A stretch of 59,043 nucleotides of DNA, counting the filler. It is 8 parts of 8 records of this genome, joined end to end, with 100 filler letters (N's around TTAATTAATTAA, not from the genome) between each part and the next. Parts side by side here need not be neighbours in the genome. Positions count along the whole stretch, not along the records: positions 6,167 to 16,523 come from SRR31147125_94815; positions 16,624 to 22,917 come from SRR31147125_94844; 6 more parts are not named here. One strand, written 5' to 3'. Position 1 is the stretch's first letter. Each line of letters begins with the position of its first letter. The notes below the pieces were generated by a model. That model was not told the DNA's origin. It did not search any database and saw nothing but the letters and a program-made list of their open reading frames with translations. Position numbers and translations under genes: made by a program. Positions 9,898 to 20,670 of this stretch are shown one piece after another.

Positions 9898-9930
9898 TTT
9901 TTAAACCAAACAAATTCAGTGAGGAAAACA

Positions 9931-11816
9931 ATGATCGGCAGACACGGAAAATTAAATGTTTATAAAGAGATTTTCACTTCAGACGATTTTACAAAGACAG
10001 CGATTGGATGGAGCTTGATCCCGGTTGCGTTTATCGTTCAATCGATTCAATTTCAACGATTCCCGCAAATCGATCTCATGGATCTGATACTGGTTCTCTC
10101 GGCACTGATCAATGGGGCTCCCATCGTGATAGAGGCGATCAAGGGGATAACCTCCCGCAGAATGAACGTGGATGAACTGGTATCCATTGCCATCATTGCC
10201 TGTCTGATCAACGGCAACTACCTGGAAGCCGCCATTGTATCCGCCATCATGGTGACCGGCGCTCTCATCGAAGAGGCGGTGAGTGACTCGGCCCGTCATG
10301 CCATTGAGTCGTTGATCAAACTGAGTCCCGATACGGCGGTGATCGAAAAAAACGGTTCTGAAGTCGAAGTGCCCGTCTTCGAGATCGTCAAAGGGGATCT
10401 CCTTGTGGTGAAACCCGGCGCCGTCATCCCGGTGGACGGAGAGATCATCGAAGGGATCACCGCTGTGGATGCGTCCGCCGTCACCGGAGAGTCCATCCCG
10501 AAGATGAAAAAACCGGGGGATGAGGTGTGGGCAGGAAGTGTCAACACCGACGGTGCCATCCGAATCAAGGCCATGAAGATCGGCGAAGACTCCACCATGG
10601 GAAAAATCATTGCCATGGTGACCGCAGCGGAAGACGCCAAAGTCGAATCGGGAAAAATTGTGGATCGATATGCGGCCTGGTTCACACCGGTGATCCTTTC
10701 AGCGGCCTTTGTCACCTGGGGGATCACCCAGGATTTGACCCGTGCCGTCACCGTTCTGATTGTTGGGTGTCCCTGCTCATCCTGCTGGCAGGACCGGTTG
10801 CCACGGTATCTGCCATCGGTCGCGCTGCAAAGGAGGGCATTCTTGTGAAAGGCGGAATTTATCTGGAACGGATGGCAACCGCTACGGGAATCTATTTCGA
10901 TAAAACCGGCACCCTGACCAAGGGCATCCCTGAAGTGAAACAGATTGTTCCGGTGATCAAACAAAACAGTGACGAAAAAAATGTGAATGAAACGATCATG
11001 GAAGAAAAAGAGCTCATCGCCATTGCCGCTGCCGTTGAAAAGAGAGTCCGTCATCCCCTGGCACTGGCCATTGTTTCAAAAGCCGAATCCCTGTCGGTGG
11101 AAATTCCCAAGGCAACAGAGGTCTCCATCATTCCCGGCAAGGGGATTCGGGGAAAAGTGAATGGGCGTCGGATTGAGATCCTCACCTCCGATGACGGTCC
11201 TGAATCGGGACTGACCACGGTGAAAGTCGTGGTGGACAATGAGACAAAGGGTCACATTGCCATGCTGGACAGTGCCCGGGACAATGCGGCAGGCAGCATC
11301 AGAGATATCCGGGAGGCCGGTGTCAATGACATTACCGTCATTTCCGGAGATCAGCAGGCACCGGTGAAAACAATTTGTGATGAGATCGGCATCCGGGACT
11401 TTTTTCACTCCCAATCTCCGACGGAAAAACTCAACAAAATCACCCAATACAAGACAGGCCATCTCATTTATGTGGGAGACGGCATCAACGATGCCCCGGC
11501 CTTGAAAGCGGCAGACACCGGCATCGCCATGGGCCTTCGAGGGTCCGATGCCGCCCTTGAAACCGCCGACATCGTCCTGATGAACGATCGATTGGACAAA
11601 CTGGGATTTCTCTTTTCCTTGAGTCGCAAGATGTGCCGGATCATTCAGCTGAACATTGCCATCAGCTTTCTGATCAATCTCTTTGCCGTGATTGCCGGAT
11701 CCATGGGGTGGCTGACGCCGATATGGGGGGCGGTCACCCACAATATCGGCTCCATTTTGGTGGTGGGGCTTTCGGCCTCCCTCGGTTTTTTCAGTGCCCC
11801 TAAACCGAAAGCGTAA
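9931..11816 (+). CDS. Heavy-metal translocating P1B-type ATPase (frameshift near 10780)
   Basis: TGES, GCPC, DKTGT, HP and GDGINDAPAL motifs split over ORFs 9919-10848 and 10527-11816. Confidence 0.9.
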
Positions 11817-12053
11817 CTCCAATCTCCATGGCCATTTTAGAAATTTTCACTGAGCGCTCCCTTTTATCACTCCGGTATACGACTTTCGTTTCCCAAAGCG
11901 CCGTTTCGGAAGATTAAAGCCCGCACACAAGAAAAAATCAGAAAATGAGAACACGGGAGAGACTTGTTTAAAAAAATAAATCTCTCCCGATTTTTGGTTT
12001 TTTGTCCGTTTTTTCCTCCCCTTTTTTCTCATCCTTTTTTAATGAAATGCGCA

Positions 12054-12974
12054 TCATTCCAGATTCGTTAGAGAGCGGCCCGGAGTGTATTCCATCAGGC
12101 AGAAGTCGGTGAAGGCCTCGGCGCAGGGATTGAGTGCAATCTTTTTATTCCAGATCAGGCCGACATCCATCGAGGGAATGGCGTTAGCCAGCTCACGGGC
12201 CTGAATGCGTTTTCCTTCCAGAGACCATGGCCGGTATACCATATCCGATAAAATGGTGACCCCTGTACCGATTGCCACCATGCTTCTGACCGCCTCAACC
12301 GATTCCGTCCGAAATAGAACATTCGGAGAGACATTGTACTTCTGCCAGTACTTCATGTGAGTGATACCGGCTTCATCCGCCATGAGCTGGATATAGGGGA
12401 GCGAAGAGACATCCTGGAGAGTGATCTTTTTCTTTTGGGATAACGGGTGATTCATGGAGATCCAGAGTTTCCTCGGCGATTTGACCAGCAGCCTGGTTTG
12501 CAAGCGATCATTGTTCACATTGGATACCAGAAGAATGGCCAGATCCATTTTTCCTTCCAGAATCATTTTTTCGATTTCAGATCGGGGATATTCCAGAAAC
12601 CGTGTTTCAATGTGGGGAAAAGCCCGATTGAAACGGGACATGAGGGCGGTCAGAAAATAGCCGGCAATGGTAAAGGTCACTCCGATGGTCAGCCTGCCGG
12701 ATAACCGGCTCGTTGAATTTTTCAAATCATATTCGGCTGCAGTAACCGAGGCAAGGATGTCCCGACAGTGCTGGAGAAAACGAAATCCCTCAAAAGTGAG
12801 ATTCACACCCCGACGATGGCGGGTAAGTAAAGTGACACCGGTGATGCTTTCCAGCTCTTTGACGGCCTCGGTGATTGAGGATGGCGAAATATTGACCAAA
12901 GCGGCAGCTTTGGCCAATTTACCTGTTTCCGCCACTGCAACAAAATATTTTACTTGTCTCAAGGTGATTTCCAT
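12054..12974 (-). CDS. LysR-family transcriptional regulator
   Basis: LRQVKYFVAVAETG...ISPSSITEAVKELE HTH; divergent from pxpA. Confidence 0.95.
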   Translation of the reverse strand: MEITLRQVKYFVAVAETGKLAKAAALVNISPSSITEAVKELESITGVTLLTRHRRGVNLTFEGFRFLQHCRDILASVTAAEYDLKNSTSRLSGRLTIGVTFTIAGYFLTALMSRFNRAFPHIETRFLEYPRSEIEKMILEGKMDLAILLVSNVNNDRLQTRLLVKSPRKLWISMNHPLSQKKKITLQDVSSLPYIQLMADEAGITHMKYWQKYNVSPNVLFRTESVEAVRSMVAIGTGVTILSDMVYRPWSLEGKRIQARELANAIPSMDVGLIWNKKIALNPCAEAFTDFCLMEYTPGRSLTNLE

Positions 12975-13292
12975 GGCCCTCTGTCATGTCCATTCGTCTG
13001 AATTCACTTTTATGATCATCAACTGACTGTTGGATCCCTTTAGCACCGTACATCTCGATTCTTGTCGAAAAAAATAAACATTTGAAAAAAAGATACCGGG
13101 TTGCGGGATTCCCGCCTTAGAGCCTATTTAACTATTCGAAGGCGCTACTCATCCTACATTTTGTCAAAAACCAATTGTTATTGAGAGCTGAAAAAGAAGT
13201 CAACCAAAAATCTGTCCACTCAACGCAAAAATGGACAACTTATTCAAGCCGATGCCTCGATGGGGAAATGAACTGAACGGATCAAAAAGGTG

Positions 13293-13311
13293 AATTCTGA
13301 AAAACCGAATT
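13293..13311. promoter_or_regulatory. Putative LysR box upstream of pxpA
   Basis: AATTC-N9-GAATT dyad containing T-N11-A. Confidence 0.35.
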
Positions 13312-13487
13312 TTAAATTCGTAAATCAATTATGTACAGGGAGAAGGAATACTGATACTTGGATTAACAACCGGTAGATTAAGTTGTGTATTCTGCAGAAT
13401 CCCCATCAACCATCTGAAAACAAAAAGTATTTACACTTCAGCGAATCAGGGAGGACAATGGACGTCTCCCATACTGAAAGAGGGGTT

Positions 13488-14240
13488 ATGAAAATCGATA
13501 TCAATGTAGACATGGGCGAAAGTTTTGGCATGTACAGCATGGGAAACGATGAAGCCGTCATGCCTTACATCAGCACGGCAAATGTGGCTTGTGGGTTTCA
13601 TGCCGGAGATCCGAGTGTAATGAGGAAAACCGTTGCATTTGCCAAAACTCACGATGTCCGAGTCGGAGCCCACCCCGGCTTGCCGGACCTCAAAGGATTC
13701 GGGCGTCGTGAAATGAAAATGACTCCGGATGAAATCCACGACGATCTGGTCTATCAGATCGGCGCTCTCAAAGCCTTTGTAGAGGCCGGAGATCAGCGGC
13801 TTCACCACGTTAAACCACACGGTTCACTTTACGGCATGATGTCCAGGGACAAAGGGGTCGCCCGGGCCGTCTGCGGCGCCATTACGGATATTGATAAAAA
13901 TCTGTATCTGTACTCAATGGAAAAAGGCGTCGTCAAAGATGTGGCCGCTGAAATGGGAATCCGTGTCGTTTGCGAAATTTACGGAGACCTGGGTTATGAC
14001 GATGAGGGAAACCTGGTGATCACCCGGAAACATGACTTGCACCGTCCGGAAGATGTGGCGGCACGGGTCATGCGCATGGTGGAAGAAAAGAAAGTAACCA
14101 CCACGACAGGCAGGGATATCGATATTGAAGGATCATCCATCTGCCTTCACTCGGACAGCCCCGGAGCCCTGGACTTGATCAAAACGGTCTGTGCCGCTTT
14201 GAAAAAAGCCGGATATACCATATCGTCTCCTGAACTTTGA
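13488..14240 (+). CDS. pxpA: LamB/YcsF family, 5-oxoprolinase subunit A
   Basis: IDINVDMGESFG, ANVACGFHAGDP, HVKPHGSLY, SICLHSD. Confidence 0.9.
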   Translation: MKIDINVDMGESFGMYSMGNDEAVMPYISTANVACGFHAGDPSVMRKTVAFAKTHDVRVGAHPGLPDLKGFGRREMKMTPDEIHDDLVYQIGALKAFVEAGDQRLHHVKPHGSLYGMMSRDKGVARAVCGAITDIDKNLYLYSMEKGVVKDVAAEMGIRVVCEIYGDLGYDDEGNLVITRKHDLHRPEDVAARVMRMVEEKKVTTTTGRDIDIEGSSICLHSDSPGALDLIKTVCAALKKAGYTISSPEL

Positions 14241-14368
14241 CATTTACAACGGCCATGTCAGACTCGCCGGATACAACAAATCATAAAAGTCCGAGAATCT
14301 GAAGCGACGAGGACTTTTACATAACAATTCCATTATTCATCAAAATGATCAAAGGAGGTTCGCATCCC

Positions 14369-15355
14369 ATGGAAGAAAGAGATTATGATGTTATCCTGGA
14401 TACATTACCCCCCACCCAAACCCGTCTGGAGGTTTTATTTCGCCAGGCCGGTGACGGATTCATGCAGGTGGAGTACGGCAGACAGCAGCGTGCAGACCTG
14501 TTGGATTCCTTCCGCATCGGAACCGTCAATTCCAGACTTCTGGAAAAGAAGATCCCCGGGCTCATCGAGACCGTACCGGGTATCCGGACCAACCTGTTGC
14601 ATTTCGATCCTGAAATTATCAGGCCCAATGAATTGATACAAGTTGTGACGGCGGAAGAAGAGGCCGTTGTCGACGTTGGTCACATTGAACTGGAATCTCG
14701 CGTCATCCATCTGCCCATTGCATTCGAAGACAGTGAAACCCGGAAGGCTGTTGAAAAATATGTGAAAGAGGTGCGGCCCGACGCCCCAAACGTGATCAAC
14801 GGCTACAACCTGGAGTACATTGCCATGTGCAACGGAGTATCCGCCGCCGAGGTCAAACAGATGCTTTTGGGAACGGAATGGTATAACAGCGGCTGCGGAT
14901 TCTGGCCCGGTGGGGGATTTTTCTGGCCGATGGATCCGCGTTGCGCCATTGTGGTTCCCAAGTACAATCCGCCCCGAACATGGACCCCGGAGGGAACCGT
15001 GGGAATCGGCGGCCCATGTGTTTTCACCTATACAACGGCCACCGGAGGCGGTTACCAGCTCTTCGGTCGGACCATTCCAACCTTTCAGTTCAGTCAGAAG
15101 CATCCGCTTTTCAAAAACTCCCCCTTTCTCTATCGAAATGGAGACCGGATCAAGTTCCACGAAGTGAGTGAATCCGAGATACTGAATATTTATGATCATG
15201 TCCATGAAAAAACCGATTACAGATACGAGATTGAAGAGGGTCGTATCCTGGTTAAGGATTACGTGGATTTCGTTCAATCGGATGCCGTTGTCAAAGGGGC
15301 TGATGCATTCAGGAAAAAGCAGGCCAAAGGGGCCCTGGAAGCCCCAGGACTTTAA
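14369..15355 (+). CDS. pxpB: Carboxyltransferase-domain protein (PxpB / allophanate hydrolase subunit 1-like, long form)
   Basis: ETVPG, GFWPG, PKYNPPRTWTPEGTVGIGG, GGYQLFGRT. Confidence 0.7.
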   Translation: MEERDYDVILDTLPPTQTRLEVLFRQAGDGFMQVEYGRQQRADLLDSFRIGTVNSRLLEKKIPGLIETVPGIRTNLLHFDPEIIRPNELIQVVTAEEEAVVDVGHIELESRVIHLPIAFEDSETRKAVEKYVKEVRPDAPNVINGYNLEYIAMCNGVSAAEVKQMLLGTEWYNSGCGFWPGGGFFWPMDPRCAIVVPKYNPPRTWTPEGTVGIGGPCVFTYTTATGGGYQLFGRTIPTFQFSQKHPLFKNSPFLYRNGDRIKFHEVSESEILNIYDHVHEKTDYRYEIEEGRILVKDYVDFVQSDAVVKGADAFRKKQAKGALEAPGL

Positions 15356-15446
15356 TAGATGCCCTGTCAAGAGATGCAATCCTGGTAAACATAACGATAT
15401 TTCCGGATGACCGCGATTTAGGGATCCGGATAAGGAGGATGAATAG

Positions 15447-16430
15447 ATGCTCAAAGTGATCAATGGAGGAATTGAGACAATCGTTGAAGACTGGCCCGGA
15501 CGACTGGGATATCTGGGTAAAGGAATGGCCGCTTCAGGGGCCCTGGACAATGTCTCCCTGGGGTTTGCCAACCTTCTGGTGGGAAATCGTGTCGGAGAGG
15601 CGGGCCTGGAAATCGCCGGGGGCTATTTTGAAGCGACGTTTACCGCAGACGGCGTCATGGCCATTACAGGCACGGATATGAAGCCGACCCTCAACGGCGA
15701 ACCGGTTGAGATGTGGACGTCGGTCCGGATCCGAAAAGGGGATCACCTGACATTTTTTCATTTCGGGAACAAAGGATTTCGTTCTTATCTGGCTGTTGCC
15801 GGCGGATTCGACGTTCCCAAATACCTGGACTCCAAGTCCACTTGTATTTTCGGAAGTTACGGGGGATTCCAGGGGAGAAAACTCGCCCCCGGAGATTTGC
15901 TTTCTTTTGGTCCCCCTTCAGCCCCACTGACGGAACTTGACGGCAGAAAAGTGAAACAGGAGTATATGCCGGAATATGAAAACGAATGGCAGGTTCGTGC
16001 CATGCCCGGCCCCAACACCTGTCCGGATTATGTGACCAAAGAGGGAATGGATTACCTGTTTGAGCACTCATTCAAGATCCAGCATACCTCCAATCGGTCT
16101 GCATATCGACTGGATGAACTGACGAATGATTTTTTTGCCAGAACGGACGGCGGAGTCGGAGGAAGCCATCCCTCAAATATTGTGGACCACGCCTATTCCA
16201 TTCGGGGGGCATTGAATATTTGCGGAAATACCCCCATCATTCTCATTGGTGACGGCCCCACACTCGGGGGATATTTTTGTGCCCTTCATGTGATCAATGC
16301 CGACCTGTGGAAGATCGGACAGGGGACCCCCACCAGAGACCGAATTCGTTTTGTCCATTGTACCGAACAAGAAGCGGTTGCCGCCCGTATCAGACAAAAG
16401 GAGATGCTTTCTCCAGGTGCCGTGGCTTAA
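15447..16430 (+). CDS. pxpC: Carboxyltransferase-domain protein (PxpC / allophanate hydrolase subunit 2-like)
   Basis: GMAASGALD, ANLLVGN, RSYLAVAGG, GRKL..GD, DGPTLGGY. Confidence 0.8.
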   Translation: MLKVINGGIETIVEDWPGRLGYLGKGMAASGALDNVSLGFANLLVGNRVGEAGLEIAGGYFEATFTADGVMAITGTDMKPTLNGEPVEMWTSVRIRKGDHLTFFHFGNKGFRSYLAVAGGFDVPKYLDSKSTCIFGSYGGFQGRKLAPGDLLSFGPPSAPLTELDGRKVKQEYMPEYENEWQVRAMPGPNTCPDYVTKEGMDYLFEHSFKIQHTSNRSAYRLDELTNDFFARTDGGVGGSHPSNIVDHAYSIRGALNICGNTPIILIGDGPTLGGYFCALHVINADLWKIGQGTPTRDRIRFVHCTEQEAVAARIRQKEMLSPGAVA

Positions 16431-16623
16431 CAATTCCTGCCCTTGCAGGTTACTGAGTTGTCATGTTTTGTTGTGGCAGGTACCTGCCGTGATCGTTATA
16501 ACTGCCATGGGCAGACCATGATTNNNNNNNNNNNNNNNNNNNNNNNNNNNNNNNNNNNNNNNNNNNNTTAATTAATTAANNNNNNNNNNNNNNNNNNNNN
16601 NNNNNNNNNNNNNNNNNNNNNNN

Positions 16624-17676
16624 AAAAAGACCGTGGCGCGCCCAAAATACCGGTTGGGGATGAATGATCTCACTTTGCTCGGGCAACAAGCCGCTGTCGA
16701 GATGGAAACGCTGCAGTGCCCGACCATCAACTATATAGGGGCGTGCTAACTGGTGAGATACCGGAATATCCACCACCACTTCACCGGACAGGATGCGTAA
16801 CGCCATGCGAGCAGCCTGAGCCCCCTGCCGAACGCCGGAGTTGACCACGCCGCCAACGACCCCCCTGCCCAGGTAGAGATCCAAAGGCGTGTATACAGCC
16901 ACCCTGGACCAGCGCACCACAAGATCTGCAACTTCGGCAGCCTCAGCGGCGTTGCCGCTCCGATCGTGGTCGAAAGCCAACAGGTAGATCAGTTCGCCAG
17001 GCGCCAGGGCAACCAATTTAGCCGGCATCCGGGACCAGTCCATATCCTTCCAGAGGTCGACCGATATGCGCGGTCTGATCTCATCGACGGCCTTTTCCAG
17101 TTGTTCCAAGGTGAATGGGCTGACCGCCTTGCTATCAACCAGCACCACGATTCTGCGGCTGTTGGGATGCAGACGCAGCATCAGTTCCAGTGTTCCGAAA
17201 TGATCGACCTGTTCGACAACCCCGGTCAAAACGTGATCGCCGGGGATGGTGCGTTGGGGCTCAGTGTTGATGCCGCAAAAAACGATGGGAGTACCGGGTG
17301 CCAGGCGTTCGCCATATTTGTGCAGAAACTGAAGTGCGCCGTCGTCCGACGCTATGATGACATCCACCGGGATGCGATCGAGTTTGCGCTGGAAATATTC
17401 GGCGGCATCGCCGAGGGTATTGTCGCTGGCGCGGTGCAGATCCAGGTGGTCGTAGTAGAGCCGGATCTCTTTGCTGAAGGGATCAAATATGGATTGAATC
17501 CCCTCGGTGATGCGGTCGGTCCAGGGCCAACCCTGATGATAGCTGTGCAGGACCCATACGCTTTTTGCTTCAGCCGCGTAGGTATAACTATTGGCTGAAA
17601 GCAGCAATAGCGTCATTATGATAAAGGAGCGAACCATTCCAATCGATCCCCACCGCTTGAAAATCAGGGCGCACAT
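16624..17676 (-). CDS. Periplasmic ABC-substrate-binding-like sensor domain of a probable sensor kinase/cyclase (3' truncated)
   Basis: VLHSYHQGWPWT, PIVFCGIN, TGVVE, GRGVVGG; runs into the contig end. Confidence 0.7.
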
Positions 17677-17761
17677 ACGAGCTTATATCGGCACCATTGT
17701 CAAATGGGTTAACCGGAGGCACCCCAAGAGCCTCTTCACCCACTATATTCCGGGGCCGTGC

Positions 17762-18448
17762 TCAATCAAACGCTTCCATGAACAACCGCGAATCGGGAAA
17801 TCTCAAATCGATCACCCGGGTAACATCCCGAATCATTTCGGAACGGCCACACAGATAAAAATCGTAAGCCCCCTCCGGGAAAACGGTCGCCAGGTACTGA
17901 TCGACCCGGCCGGCAAATGCCCCGGGCAACGATTCCCCGCCGGAAGTCCCGGAGATACAAGGGGTGTAGCTACGGGCAGAACCGGCCAGGATCTCTTGGT
18001 AATAGAGCGCCGCGGCGGTGCGCCCGCCATGAAGCAGATCGAATCCACGAATTCCGGCACGTGTAAAAGCGACAAACGGGGCGATGCCGGTCCCGGTAGC
18101 GACAAAGACCGCCGGCCGCGATGACGCCTTATAGGTAAAATAACCGAACGGCGCTGTGATCCGGAACCGATCGCCGCTGGTTGCCCGTGCCAGCCTTGGT
18201 GAAAAACGTCCGTTTGCCACAAGGCGAACACAAAGGGCCAATTCATCCGCTTCGACCGGCCCCAAAAGCGTATAGTCTCGACGATGGGGACCATCGACAA
18301 AGCTGATCTTCTGCCCCGGCAGATAATCGAAGTGATCCGGCCGCTCGAAACGGATCTCGAACGTCTCTTCGGTCAACCAGCGCATCGCCCTGACCGCCAC
18401 CGTATGGAGGATCCCTGTCGTGCCGCCGGCCGGTGCTATCCCTGCCAC
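17762..18448 (-). CDS. FNR-like FAD/NAD(P)-binding oxidoreductase
   Basis: RDYT, GRFS, FVATGTGIAPF, YLCGRSEM and C-terminal EAF. Confidence 0.85.
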   Translation of the reverse strand: MAGIAPAGGTTGILHTVAVRAMRWLTEETFEIRFERPDHFDYLPGQKISFVDGPHRRDYTLLGPVEADELALCVRLVANGRFSPRLARATSGDRFRITAPFGYFTYKASSRPAVFVATGTGIAPFVAFTRAGIRGFDLLHGGRTAAALYYQEILAGSARSYTPCISGTSGGESLPGAFAGRVDQYLATVFPEGAYDFYLCGRSEMIRDVTRVIDLRFPDSRLFMEAFD

Positions 18449-19006
18449 AGCACATCCCCCGTACCGGACTTATGATTCAACCAGCGCGCGAGCACAAAAA
18501 AATAGTCTGAAAGGCGATTGATATAGACGATCACCGAGCCAATGCCACCGCCCTCCTCATCGCCCCTGCTCTCCTGATCGGCCAACGATATCACCCGCCT
18601 CTCCGCCCTTCGGCAGACGGTTCGGGCAATATGGGCCCAGGCTGCAGCCGCATCTCCTCCCGGTAGGATAAAGCGCTTGAGTTCGGGCAACTGCTCATCC
18701 ATGGCATCGATAAAGCCCTCGATACGCCGGCTGTGGTCGGTAGTGACCGGAGAGGCGAGACCTCACCTCCGAGCCCGGCGTGGCTGCAAGCCAGGCGCCC
18801 ACCTCGAACAGATCCGATTGAATCCGCTTGAGTTCACCCCGTACCGTATCAGTATCGGCACTCAAAGCGGCCATGAGTGCACCCACCACTGAGTTGAGCT
18901 CATCGATCTCACCATAGGCCTGGATGCGGACGTTACTCTTCGCCACCCGTTCGCCGCTGAGAAGACTGGTTTTGCCCTGATCGCCGGTTTGGGTATAGAC
19001 CTTCAT
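18436..19006 (-). CDS. pduO: PduO-type cob(I)alamin adenosyltransferase (frameshift near 18750)
   Basis: MKVYTQTGDQGKTSL, AYGEIDELNS, FILPGG, RTVCRRAER, YINRLSDYFF over two ORFs. Confidence 0.9.
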
Positions 19007-19140
19007 CGGGGGGCATCCCCCGGGGCCGGTTTCTCCGGCACCTGTTCAAACATCTTGGCCGGTGCACCGCACACCGGGCAACGATACGGTGGCTTCTCTC
19101 CATCGTGAATATAACCGCAAATCAGACAGCGCCAGCGCAT
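19003..19140 (-). CDS. Rubredoxin-like small protein
   Basis: MRWRCLICGYIHDGEKPPYRCPVCGAP (two CxxCG); GGAGG RBS; stop overlaps the pduO ATG. Confidence 0.85.
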   Translation of the reverse strand: MRWRCLICGYIHDGEKPPYRCPVCGAPAKMFEQVPEKPAPGDAPR

Positions 19141-19372
19141 AGACCTACCTCCTTTAAAAATTACCCTTTCCCATATCAGTGCTGTATAACCTTTGGCAAC
19201 CAATTGTATCGCACAGACCGCTGAATTGAGACATACAGGCAAATCAAACCCTTCACCGGCAGTTGCCAATGGCGTGGAATTCCGATATGCCAATCAGGAC
19301 CTTTTCCCGGCGAACAGAGAACAAAAGAGGCCGGAATGTGAACTCAATCCAACTCTTGGAAGGAAGTTCGTT

Positions 19373-20446
19373 ATGAGTCAACTCCTCATGATCGATATCG
19401 GTGCGGGCACCATGGACATCCTTTGCTATGACACCCGCAGCGATGAGCATTTCAAAGCGGTCGCACCCTCACCGGTTCGTCACGTGGCCGAACAGATCAA
19501 TCGGACCAAAGGTGCATTGGCCGTCTCGGGTGTGGAGATGGGCGGTGGCCCGGTAACCGAAGCCTTGCGCCGACGCGCGGAAACCGACCAGGTCGCCATC
19601 TCCCCCTCTGCGGCCGCGACGCTGCACCACGATATGAATCGGGTGCGCAGTTGGGGCTTCACCATCGAGGAGGATCGCACCATCGAACAGCTCAGTTCCA
19701 ATCCTAACCACACCGCCGTGCGCCTGGGCGATCTGCAACCCGAGCGTCTATCTCAGATTATAGCGGGTCTGGGGCTGCCCATGGCCTTTGATGCCGTGGC
19801 ACTTTGCGCCCAGGATCATGGTGTCGCCCCCAAAGGAGTGAGCCATCTCGATTTTCGCCACAACCTCTTTCAGGGGATTCTCGACCAAAAGGCCACCCCT
19901 TTCGGTCTGCTCTACCATCGCGATGAGATACCCGAATCCTTCAATCGCCTGCGCTGCATGGCCGAGGATGCCGACATGCTCAACGCCCGGGAGATCTATG
20001 TCATGGACAGCGGCATGGCCGCCATGTGCGGCGCCTCCCGCGACGCTGCCGCAAACAGTTCTCCGGTGATCATCCTGGACATCGCCACCTCTCACACCGT
20101 AGCCGCCACGATGGAGGGTGACCGTGTGGCCGGCTTTGTGGAGTACCATACGCGGGACATCACCCTCGATCGCCTGGAATCACTGCTCGTCGCCCTGGCC
20201 GACGGCAATATCCGCCACGAACAGATCCTCGACGAGGGCGGCCACGGCGCTTACCTCAAACACGCCGTGGGATTCGACAACGTGCAGGCCATCATCGCCA
20301 CCGGCCCCAAACGACGCCTCATGGCCGAATCGAAACTGCCCATCGTATGGGGCGCCCCATGGGGAGACAACATGATGACCGGAACTGTCGGTTTGCTGGA
20401 GGCCGTTCGGCGCAAAAGAGAGATGGCACCGATTCAATATTTGTAG
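19373..20446 (+). CDS. DUF1786-family protein
   Basis: IDIGAGTMDIL, AQDHG, VMDSG.AA, FVEYHT, EGGHGA, APWGDNMMTG. Confidence 0.75.
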   Translation: MSQLLMIDIGAGTMDILCYDTRSDEHFKAVAPSPVRHVAEQINRTKGALAVSGVEMGGGPVTEALRRRAETDQVAISPSAAATLHHDMNRVRSWGFTIEEDRTIEQLSSNPNHTAVRLGDLQPERLSQIIAGLGLPMAFDAVALCAQDHGVAPKGVSHLDFRHNLFQGILDQKATPFGLLYHRDEIPESFNRLRCMAEDADMLNAREIYVMDSGMAAMCGASRDAAANSSPVIILDIATSHTVAATMEGDRVAGFVEYHTRDITLDRLESLLVALADGNIRHEQILDEGGHGAYLKHAVGFDNVQAIIATGPKRRLMAESKLPIVWGAPWGDNMMTGTVGLLEAVRRKREMAPIQYL

Positions 20447-20670
20447 AAAGGAAGTCAAGCGTAAGAAGGTAAAGAAAGAGGTAATTTTTAACATATCCAT
20501 TACCCTTGTGATTCAAAAGGGTAATTCCGTTCTGAAAGACCTCTAATTTACCAACTTAATCATTATAGAAAACCGGATAAAATACCACCATCAAAAGAAG
20601 ATATTGAGGTACTGGCGCGGTAGTACAAACGCGATGTACCCATAAAATCACATCTTAGAAACAATCAGAA

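Noticed and set aside
14435-15571. 378-aa minus-strand ORF
   Set aside because: Antisense shadow of the pxpB/pxpC-like genes with no recognisable motifs
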